This document shows, piece by piece, positions 10,133 through 18,016 of a stretch of 52,310 nucleotides of DNA; positions within the stretch are counted from its first letter, which is position 1; every line of letters starts with the position of its first letter. The stretch comes from a virus (Duplodnaviria > Caudoviricetes), in IMG/VR virus record IMGVR_UViG_3300013113_000097, positions 1-52,310 of that record. One strand, written 5' to 3'. The position numbers and the translations under genes are program-made. The notes under the pieces are model-generated. The model saw nothing but the letters and a program-made list of their open reading frames with translations. It made no database searches and was not told the DNA's origin.

Positions 10133-10704
10133 TGTCTAACAGATTGCGCAACAATGTTATAGCTTTAGGTATTGTTGCGTGTTTTTGGGTTATCTTTGTA
10201 TTGCCTGTAATGGCAGTAGATGAAAGTTCAATAACACAAAATACTACGTCTACTGTAACAACTACAGGTACAAATGAGACTACAGTTAAGTCTCCACCAC
10301 CTTCAGCTATATCTCCTAATGTAGGTGGTAACAATTCAGATTTGTGTACGATATCTTCTAGTGGTGCTTTAGGCACACAGATATTATCTTTAAGCTTAGG
10401 TGCTACATACACCGAAGCAAATTGTCTTAGATTAAAAAAAGCAGGTAGATTATATGATATGGGTATGAAAGTAGCCGCTGTATCTATAATGTGCCAAGAT
10501 AAAGATGTATGGCAAGCGATGATGGATGCAGGTACACCCTGTCCTATTGATGGCTTGATTGGTGAAGAAGCTAAACGAGCATGGGAAGTTAGAACTGATT
10601 TAGTACCTATGCCAGAGGATGAAGATGAACTTACTGCACAAGAAAAACGTGATAAGGTACTTAGCATCATGGGTGCTACTGCTGCTGCCTTTATCTTCTT
10701 TTAG
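10132..10704 (+). CDS. Envelope cassette gene 1: exported Cys-paired protein
   Basis: Signal peptide (...VLPVMA|VD), Thr-rich linker, SPPPSAISP, 4 Cys in the mature part, hydrophobic C-terminus. Confidence 0.75.
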   Translation: MSNRLRNNVIALGIVACFWVIFVLPVMAVDESSITQNTTSTVTTTGTNETTVKSPPPSAISPNVGGNNSDLCTISSSGALGTQILSLSLGATYTEANCLRLKKAGRLYDMGMKVAAVSIMCQDKDVWQAMMDAGTPCPIDGLIGEEAKRAWEVRTDLVPMPEDEDELTAQEKRDKVLSIMGATAAAFIFF

Positions 10705-11512
10705 CTACACATTCGGCTACACACCTAACGCAGCAATCAACGGCTTACAGTGGTCAATGACTCCTATCTATTTAGGTACTAATGCTATTGGCGGAATGGA
10801 TATCTCAGGAGTAACTTACAAATACACACCTATTAAAGTTAAAGAAGATGATTATATTGTAACGCTTGAAAACGATAAAGTAGGTGGTGGTTATGTATTT
10901 CAAGATGTACAGGATTGGTCACAAAGAGAAGGTGGTGTAGAAGTCAGAAGAACAATTGCTTTACCATACACACCTATTGCAGTGTTTGGTGATGGTAGGC
11001 TTAAACAAGAAGGAACAGGTAGTATAGAAAATCCTGAAGTTAGATACATATATAGATTTGACCCTTGTTTTGATCCACAGAGTGACCCTAACTGTCCAGG
11101 TTATAAAAAACCTGAACCACCTAAATTACCTGAAATACCAGATTATGATGCATTACAAGATGAATCAGTTCAACTAGCGCAAGCAGAAGTTGATAAAGAA
11201 TTGTTAAAGGAGGAAGACGAAGAAGCTAAAGAAGAAGATGAAGAAGAAGAAAAAGAGCAAGAGTTAGAAATGCTTTTGGCTACTGCAGAAAATGCATTAA
11301 CTATTGCAAATGACATATCACAATCTGCTTTATTACAATCTATAAATCAAGCAACAAACATTAACACTTACTATGTCGCAACCATACCAGGTAAGATATA
11401 TAAAGAAGCTATTGTTTTACAAGATAAAGATATAGTGGATAATAGAAAAGCTTTAAGAAGTCTAGGACAAGATAAACTAATGAATACAATGATAGAGGAG
11501 CAATATCGATGA
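10649..11512 (+). CDS. Envelope cassette gene 2: exported protein (beta-rich domain, DPC..CPGY motif, acidic stalk)
   Basis: Probable GTG start giving signal peptide MIRYLASWVLLLLPLSSFS|Y (track start is 10619); 2 Cys. Confidence 0.7.
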   Translation: MIRYLASWVLLLLPLSSFSYTFGYTPNAAINGLQWSMTPIYLGTNAIGGMDISGVTYKYTPIKVKEDDYIVTLENDKVGGGYVFQDVQDWSQREGGVEVRRTIALPYTPIAVFGDGRLKQEGTGSIENPEVRYIYRFDPCFDPQSDPNCPGYKKPEPPKLPEIPDYDALQDESVQLAQAEVDKELLKEEDEEAKEEDEEEEKEQELEMLLATAENALTIANDISQSALLQSINQATNINTYYVATIPGKIYKEAIVLQDKDIVDNRKALRSLGQDKLMNTMIEEQYR

Positions 11513-12000
11513 AGAAATTATTAATAGCATTAAGTTTAATAATTGGAGCTACTCCAATTTTAGCAATAGACATAGATGGAAGTGTTCAAAGTAGATGTAC
11601 TGTTGCAGATGTAACACCAGGTAAATATGGTAACCCTAACGCATACACTTTAACAACAGACCCTTCAAGCGCAGGTCAAGTTCCTGTGGTGCGTTTTGAT
11701 ACTACGTTAGCTAACGCATACTATGCACAAGTAAGTTATCCTACTAGCTTTAGTTCAAGTCCTTCATTGTCTGACAATGTAACGTGGACTGGTGCTGTAA
11801 CTGTAAAAGCTACGGGTGAAAGTGGTATGAGTGGATATCAGTCTGCATCAACTACAACAGGTGCAATGCGTCAATATGGACTTAGCGTAGCAGGTAGTGT
11901 TTGGATACAGTCAACATCAGTAGCTACTTATGGTGGTAACCGTGCATTCCCAGGTGGTACGTATAAAGCAGTAGTATTAGCTGAATGCGTAGCTCAATAG
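11509..12000 (+). CDS. Envelope cassette gene 3: fimbrial subunit-like (Csu/SCPU-like) exported protein
   Basis: Signal peptide MKKLLIALSLIIGATPILA|; N-terminal I.GSV.SRC.V and C-terminal PGGTY.AVV.AEC pilin-like strands; Ser/Thr-rich and beta-rich. Confidence 0.6.
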   Translation: MKKLLIALSLIIGATPILAIDIDGSVQSRCTVADVTPGKYGNPNAYTLTTDPSSAGQVPVVRFDTTLANAYYAQVSYPTSFSSSPSLSDNVTWTGAVTVKATGESGMSGYQSASTTTGAMRQYGLSVAGSVWIQSTSVATYGGNRAFPGGTYKAVVLAECVAQ

Positions 12001-12359
12001 GATTATGTTTACTGCTGCTAAGCGGAGCAGTACTAAGTCATGAAATGACACCTACATATCCTAAGTGGGGAGTTAGTGGTATAGACGATGTAAAAAAGAC
12101 AACTATGCGGTTATGGAATGCAAGAGAAGATGTGCAGTATTATGAAATAGGAGTGTTTACAGAAAAGTGGAAACCAATTCCTTTTGTTACTGCATATCGC
12201 ATTCTTTCTATAGATTATTTAAAAGAAGTAAATTTTGATGTATACATAAAAGAAGAACATGTAGATAAAGCTAGATACATATGTTCATTATCTAAATTAA
12301 GAAGTAAGAACGAAAGTAAAACTTTATTAGCTACTAGAATATGCTCAAAATTCAAATAA
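11985..12359 (+). CDS. Envelope cassette gene 4: PapD-N-like single-domain chaperone candidate
   Basis: Signal peptide, then MTP...TMRLWN......YEIGV......PF....IL, resembling domain 1 of pilus chaperones; 2 Cys in the mature part. Confidence 0.5.
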   Translation: MRSSIGLCLLLLSGAVLSHEMTPTYPKWGVSGIDDVKKTTMRLWNAREDVQYYEIGVFTEKWKPIPFVTAYRILSIDYLKEVNFDVYIKEEHVDKARYICSLSKLRSKNESKTLLATRICSKFK

Positions 12360-12769
12360 AATGTTTACTGTTAATTTTGTTAAGCACACAAGCTGTAGCT
12401 ACTAGTACATCTCTTAATTTACAATTGCCAGGTAGTACTGCTAGTCACGGTACAGATAGTGTTAAAGCTGGCGACATAGACTGTTCTAATAGCATAGGCG
12501 GGAGTACTAATTTTGAATTTGGTTTGACAGGTATTGTGAATAACGCAATAGCACCTATTATTGGTAAAAAAGATCCAGATAACCCACAAACAAAAGACTT
12601 AGGTATTTATGCTAGAATAATAATACCGCTAGATGCACCAAAAGAAAGAATTAACTGTAATACGCTTTATCAATTAGAATTGCAACGTAGAAGACTAGAA
12701 GTAGAAAAGTTACGGCAAGAAATTGAATTGTTAAAAGCATTACAAGAAACAGGGGAGTTCGACAACTAA
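12341..12769 (+). CDS. Envelope cassette gene 5: exported protein with a beta-hairpin and C-terminal coiled coil
   Basis: Signal peptide (...TQAVA|); two Cys flank the alternating strands NFEFGLTG and LGIYARIIIPL; heptad C-terminus. Confidence 0.7.
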   Translation: MLKIQIKCLLLILLSTQAVATSTSLNLQLPGSTASHGTDSVKAGDIDCSNSIGGSTNFEFGLTGIVNNAIAPIIGKKDPDNPQTKDLGIYARIIIPLDAPKERINCNTLYQLELQRRRLEVEKLRQEIELLKALQETGEFDN

Positions 12770-13236
12770 TGGATGATTTAGAAAAGAAAATTAAAGAAGT
12801 TGAAGACTTACGTACTAAACAAGTCAAAGTAAAAGGCTTTAGATTTAGTTGGGCTAGTATTATGGCACTGTTTGCTTTAATTTCTACAATCTTAGGTTCA
12901 TTGTATGGAGGCTTTCTTTTATATCAAAAAGTCGAAGCATTAGCAAATTTGGACTTAGGAGACATTAGTGCTTCTATGGCAAAGACTTCTGCTGATGTAT
13001 TACGTATTGAAGAACATGCTAATGCAATTAAAATAGAACTTAAAAAAGATATGACTGATTTACGCAACAGTCAGTGGAATCTTGAATCTAAAGTGGATAC
13101 AAAGTTACAATCTGTAGATACTAAACTTACTAATTACGATACTAAGTTAGATAGGTTTGAAATTAAAGTCGATAATACTAAAGAAGACTTAATGAAACGC
13201 ATACAACAAAGCCTTGATAATCCTTTAGCTAATTAA
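12769..13236 (+). CDS. Envelope cassette gene 6: membrane-anchored coiled-coil protein
   Basis: Basic N-terminus, one TM helix (about aa 28-51), long heptad region ending LDNPLAN. Confidence 0.7.
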   Translation: MDDLEKKIKEVEDLRTKQVKVKGFRFSWASIMALFALISTILGSLYGGFLLYQKVEALANLDLGDISASMAKTSADVLRIEEHANAIKIELKKDMTDLRNSQWNLESKVDTKLQSVDTKLTNYDTKLDRFEIKVDNTKEDLMKRIQQSLDNPLAN

Positions 13237-13238
13237 AA

Positions 13239-16200
13239 ATGGGTTTATGTGATGTAATTGAAGATGCTATTGAAGACATTGTCGATGCAATCGTTGATGT
13301 CGTAGATACTATTGTCGATGCTGTAGTAGGTGTTATAGATGCAGTACTATCTCCTGTTGCTAATCTATTAGGATATGAAGATGGTGAAACAGATAGTGAT
13401 GATGTAGAACTATTTGAAATACATAACCAAGCTTTATTTGCAGACCCTGATAAAAAAGCTTCTGCAGAAACTGTTGTAAAAGCTATTACTCAAGGACAAG
13501 ATATAGCTGAAGCTTTAAGATTTGCTACACTATTTCAAAATGGCAAACAAAACATTAGAAAATTTATCAAGTATATTGATGATGGTGATTATTTTGAAGA
13601 CTTTCCAACTCTAAAAGGAAATGTAATGACTGTCGACTATGATGAAGTCGATTCTGTGTTAACTACTCTTAATAGCGCTCCGTGCACAATATCTAATGCT
13701 AAATTAGGTACATTGTTTGTAAACCCTTGGCAAAAATATTGGCTTCAAGAAAATAAAGCATATGTACACGAGACTAGTACATTTACACATAGTGGAACTA
13801 GTTACACTGTTAACGTTGCTAATTCTGTATATAACAGTAGTAGTAATGATTACACATTACGTACAGGAAGTCCTTTAGCAAACTTTACTGCATTTAATAT
13901 ACCTAGCAAACCTACGGGACTACATTACATAGTAAATTACTATTTAGACAGTGCTCCTAGCGTAAATAAATTATTTGTATATAAAGTCGGTGCTGGTACT
14001 TATAGTGGTTTAGATGATCCAAATACTCAAATTACTACTACTGGTACAGAAACACTCAGTGTATTACCTGCAATACCTTTACGTTTAAATAATACTAATT
14101 TTAATGCTTCAGGACAAAGTACTAGTAAACGCGATAGCATAATAGGATTAGCTGATACTGTAGGTTTAGACGCTGAAAATATTATTGACGAAGTTATGGC
14201 AGATGTTGCTGCTACTAACATTGCTAACTATCAAAATAAAGTAGACCATGTTTATTTAAATTTTGGTGTTAGAGTCTGGGATACATCACAAATAGCGATG
14301 AATTATGGCTTTAGATTTTTAAGTACGTTATTCCCTGGTCAAGGTGTAACTAAAGCTATTTATGATAGTACACCAAGCTCGGATGACAAACCTTATAATA
14401 CTATTCTTGTAACACAAGGTGATTATAAGTTAGCATTTACCTGGGCTTACATTACATATGCTAATTACACTGTAGCACAGATTAATAGTGCAGGTGCTGG
14501 TTCAGATATATATGATAAATATTATTCAGACGCAAGCAGATTTGATAGTAGCAATAATTTATTAAGTACTTATTACGTTTCATCAGGTATAAAAAGCTAT
14601 AACGTAGGTTATTTTGTTTCTAATGCTACTGAGTTAGCAGCGTTTATTGCAGGTACTCTTACTCAAGAATCTTCTTATTCTTCGGAAGCAGCCAATTGGA
14701 TGCAACCTACACAAGGAATTAGTTTTTCAGGAACAATAATAAATTCAGACAATAGTATTAGTACTTCTGGCGAAGTTAAACCATCTGAAATATATGAACG
14801 TGTACCTACTCCTACTACTCAAGTAATAACAAACAATACGACTTATTACCCAGTTGCTACTTCTGCAACGTTAAAAATCGAAATATCTGGTGGTGGAGGT
14901 GGGGGAGGTAGTGCTGAAAGAGGAGGTAGTGGTAGTAATGGACATAGTGGAGGAACAACTTACGCAAGAGTATATAATGCAGGAGGCACACTATTAAACA
15001 CTTATTCTGCTTCAGGTGGAAGCGGAGGAGGAGGAAATAGTATGGGTGAAACTTCTGTTGGAGATCCTGGAGATAATTTTGGTGGTCCTGGCAGCAATGG
15101 AGTACCTTCAGGAGCTCATTCCTCATTTTCAGGAAGTGGAGGACAAAACTATAATGATTCAGCTGGTGGTCATGCTTCAGGTTATTCAGCAGGTGGAGCA
15201 GGAGCTGGTGACGATGGTGGATGGTTCTATCAAGATGATTCTGGAGCAGGAGGCAATAGAGGCGCTTACTATACTGTAAATCACACATTAGCTAATTCTA
15301 CTGATTATGTTGTAGTTAGTATTGGGGGTGGAGGTGCAGGTGGACAAAGTGGAAATGATGGTGGAAATGGTAGTGCAGGACTTTGTGTATTAACACCATT
15401 ATCAATTACATCTGGAGTAAAAAAGATTAGTAAAGCTAACGAACCTACTACTGTAGGTACATCATTTACTTACTATCAAAATGTAGTTAACGGTATGAAC
15501 ACATACACTGTGCACTCACCTAAAAGTATGTTACGAGTAATTGATTCACAAACTAGTAAGTTTAAGATGGTTAACTTTGATTTAACTGACCCTACTGGTT
15601 TGATGATACCGTTTTCATACGAAGTTATTAAAACCTTACCTAATGACCATGTGTCTAGTTTGTTTGTAGCAAGTGCGCATATATCGTTATATGTAGCTGA
15701 TGTACAAATAATTGAACAACCTGTATGGTCAGGGTTATTAAAAATAGTACAAGTTGTATTATTCTTAATGGCAATCATATCAGGTCAGTTTGCTGCAGCT
15801 CAAGCTATTGCAGCTATGATTAAACAAATAGTAATTAATTTAGTTATAGAAAAGATCATTATTACTATTGCTAAAGAAGTAAGTCCTGAATTAGCATTTG
15901 CAGTAGCTATCTTTATTGGATATACAGTTAGTGGTGGAAAAGGAATAAACTTTAGGGCATTTGAAGATGTAGCAACTTTAATAGGTAATACAGCTGATTT
16001 AATATCAACAGTAATAGAAACTACAGTAGAAGGCTTACAAGAAGATTTAACACTTGAATGGAATGCAGAAAAAGAAAGACAAGAGAGTTTAGAAGACCAA
16101 TTAGCTGAATTAAATGAAGAATATAGTCCTAACACTATAAGACATTTAAGTAACTTAGTTAATGTAAATATGCAATCTACTATTAATCCTATGATGCCTA

Positions 16201-16307
16201 CAGAATACTTAGCTTACTATAACAATTTCCATGTTTTAGGATTTGAAGATTACAATTATGATAATACTTGGGATGTTTTATATGAAACTCAAGTAATGCA
16301 GACTTAA
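13239..16307 (+). CDS. N4 gp53-like structural protein with an inserted glycine-rich domain
   Basis: Position upstream of gp52/gp51/gp50; P.IPLR, DHVY.NFGV and LMIP motifs; hydrophobic C-terminal region; Gly-rich block at about 14860-15400. Confidence 0.8.
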   Translation: MGLCDVIEDAIEDIVDAIVDVVDTIVDAVVGVIDAVLSPVANLLGYEDGETDSDDVELFEIHNQALFADPDKKASAETVVKAITQGQDIAEALRFATLFQNGKQNIRKFIKYIDDGDYFEDFPTLKGNVMTVDYDEVDSVLTTLNSAPCTISNAKLGTLFVNPWQKYWLQENKAYVHETSTFTHSGTSYTVNVANSVYNSSSNDYTLRTGSPLANFTAFNIPSKPTGLHYIVNYYLDSAPSVNKLFVYKVGAGTYSGLDDPNTQITTTGTETLSVLPAIPLRLNNTNFNASGQSTSKRDSIIGLADTVGLDAENIIDEVMADVAATNIANYQNKVDHVYLNFGVRVWDTSQIAMNYGFRFLSTLFPGQGVTKAIYDSTPSSDDKPYNTILVTQGDYKLAFTWAYITYANYTVAQINSAGAGSDIYDKYYSDASRFDSSNNLLSTYYVSSGIKSYNVGYFVSNATELAAFIAGTLTQESSYSSEAANWMQPTQGISFSGTIINSDNSISTSGEVKPSEIYERVPTPTTQVITNNTTYYPVATSATLKIEISGGGGGGGSAERGGSGSNGHSGGTTYARVYNAGGTLLNTYSASGGSGGGGNSMGETSVGDPGDNFGGPGSNGVPSGAHSSFSGSGGQNYNDSAGGHASGYSAGGAGAGDDGGWFYQDDSGAGGNRGAYYTVNHTLANSTDYVVVSIGGGGAGGQSGNDGGNGSAGLCVLTPLSITSGVKKISKANEPTTVGTSFTYYQNVVNGMNTYTVHSPKSMLRVIDSQTSKFKMVNFDLTDPTGLMIPFSYEVIKTLPNDHVSSLFVASAHISLYVADVQIIEQPVWSGLLKIVQVVLFLMAIISGQFAAAQAIAAMIKQIVINLVIEKIIITIAKEVSPELAFAVAIFIGYTVSGGKGINFRAFEDVATLIGNTADLISTVIETTVEGLQEDLTLEWNAEKERQESLEDQLAELNEEYSPNTIRHLSNLVNVNMQSTINPMMPTEYLAYYNNFHVLGFEDYNYDNTWDVLYETQVMQT

Positions 16308-16385
16308 TAAAAAGAACTATACAAGGCTATAATTATGATGTATGATTATAACAACTTTATTTGTAAACTCTAATCGGAGAGAATA

Positions 16386-16865
16386 ATGGCAATTAATTGG
16401 GAAGAACAATACCCTTCTATATATGGAAATGTAAATAAAGTTCAAGGCTTTAATAATTCAGGAGCTGCTACATTTGATGGGATTCCTAGTTTTGGTAATG
16501 CAGGTATGGACATGGGTTTTGGTGGTCAAGATGTACAACGAGCTTTATTAAATAATAGTGGTTACAATTTTTCAAATAATCTTGATAGAACAGTTTTGAA
16601 TCCTTCAGGTTCAGGTTTAGGTAAATACTTTACTGCTGATAACATGAATGCTTTTGGAAGTGCTATAAGTGGATTAGGTCAATTAGCATCTGGATGGGCT
16701 GCATTAAAAAACATAGGTCTACAGAGAGATGCTTACGATACAATGAAAGACCAATGGGAGCGTAATTACGCAGACCAAGCTAAAGTAACTAACAATATGA
16801 TTCAAAGAAGAAATGATTGGGCAGCTGCACAAGGTATGCCTACTTCAGATAATTACGTAGGTTAA
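16386..16865 (+). CDS. N4 gp52-like small virion/ejection protein
   Basis: 159 aa, Gly/Asn-rich, no Cys, K.QW..NY..Q.K.TN motif; synteny fits. Confidence 0.75.
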   Translation: MAINWEEQYPSIYGNVNKVQGFNNSGAATFDGIPSFGNAGMDMGFGGQDVQRALLNNSGYNFSNNLDRTVLNPSGSGLGKYFTADNMNAFGSAISGLGQLASGWAALKNIGLQRDAYDTMKDQWERNYADQAKVTNNMIQRRNDWAAAQGMPTSDNYVG

Positions 16866-16878
16866 TTAGGAGAATAAC

Positions 16879-18012
16879 ATGGCTGCAGTAACTTGGAAAA
16901 ACATAGCTCCTATGAATCCTTCAGGGATTCTAAATTCAATGAACCAATCAGCTCGACAAATTGGTGAAGCAGGTACAGGCATACAAGAAGCTATATCAGG
17001 ATACGTTGACGATAGACAAAAAAGTGAAACAGATGCTTTTGTAGCTGATTTAATGAATGCTGGTAGTCAAGAAGAACGTGATGCTATGATTGGTGCAGCT
17101 AATCAATCTTGGTTAAATTTAGATCAAGTTAATAAAACTAATTATGAGTTAGGTGCTCCTGATAGAGAACAAGCTGCTTATGAAAAACAATTAGCTACTC
17201 AACATTATTTTAATAAATTAATGCAAGGAATAGAGCATGAAGATGCTATGGAATTGGCAGCAGTGCCAAAAACATCAACAAGGAGTAGTAGCAGTTCATC
17301 TAACATAAGTGCATCTGATGCACAAAATCCTGGTGACCCTAAAAATGAATTATTTGAAGATTTAGAAGATGAAAATCAAGGTGGATTTTTATGGATGAAT
17401 GCTTGGACACCTTTTGGAAGTGACTTTGGTGAAAAAGAACAAAAACAAATTGTACGTTATTCAAATAAATTCTTAGATAAATATGGAAGTGAAATTAGTC
17501 GTGATGAATTAAATAAAGCATTTAATACACAAACTATTGAATGGGCAGATAGACCATTTGATGATGACATGACATTTACATTAGACGGTAAACAGTGGGA
17601 TTTTGCTGAAAAAGGTTCTCAAGATGCTTTATATGAAAAACTTATGCAAGTTAAACGTAATGAAGCGTTAGAACAAGGTAAAGATGCAAGTAAATTTATA
17701 ACAAGTAAATCTATTGTTAAAAGTTTATATTTTGATGAATTTGTTGAAAATAATCCTAAACTTGATAAAGGTCAATTAGAAAAAGTATTCTTTAAAATTT
17801 GGAATGAAAACGAAGGACAAAAAATTGATAAAAATGATTTTAAAGAAAAAAGCGCTGAAACAATCTTTGGAGATGTAAGTAACAAAGAAGATTTAAGAAA
17901 ATATGGTTACGGTGGTGAGTGGGATGGTGGCTGGTATACAGGTCCTGGTAGCGGTTATATGGATTTCATTAAAGAAAGAGAAGAAATACAAAACCGTGAC
18001 TTAAATAAATAA
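16879..18012 (+). CDS. N4 gp51-like ejection protein
   Basis: N-terminal MA.VTWKNI motif, no Cys, immediately precedes the vRNAP gene. Confidence 0.75.
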   Translation: MAAVTWKNIAPMNPSGILNSMNQSARQIGEAGTGIQEAISGYVDDRQKSETDAFVADLMNAGSQEERDAMIGAANQSWLNLDQVNKTNYELGAPDREQAAYEKQLATQHYFNKLMQGIEHEDAMELAAVPKTSTRSSSSSSNISASDAQNPGDPKNELFEDLEDENQGGFLWMNAWTPFGSDFGEKEQKQIVRYSNKFLDKYGSEISRDELNKAFNTQTIEWADRPFDDDMTFTLDGKQWDFAEKGSQDALYEKLMQVKRNEALEQGKDASKFITSKSIVKSLYFDEFVENNPKLDKGQLEKVFFKIWNENEGQKIDKNDFKEKSAETIFGDVSNKEDLRKYGYGGEWDGGWYTGPGSGYMDFIKEREEIQNRDLNK

Positions 18013-18016
18013 ACAA

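Noticed and set aside
12769-13236. Cassette gene 6 as a conventional i-spanin (Rz)
   Set aside because: The topology fits, but I see no adjacent or embedded lipoprotein with a lipobox and no endolysin nearby; kept only as an alternative.
16320-16352. TATAAT/TATGAT motifs upstream of gp52
   Set aside because: A late promoter is plausible, but there is no clear -35 or TG extension in very AT-rich sequence, so it was not called.
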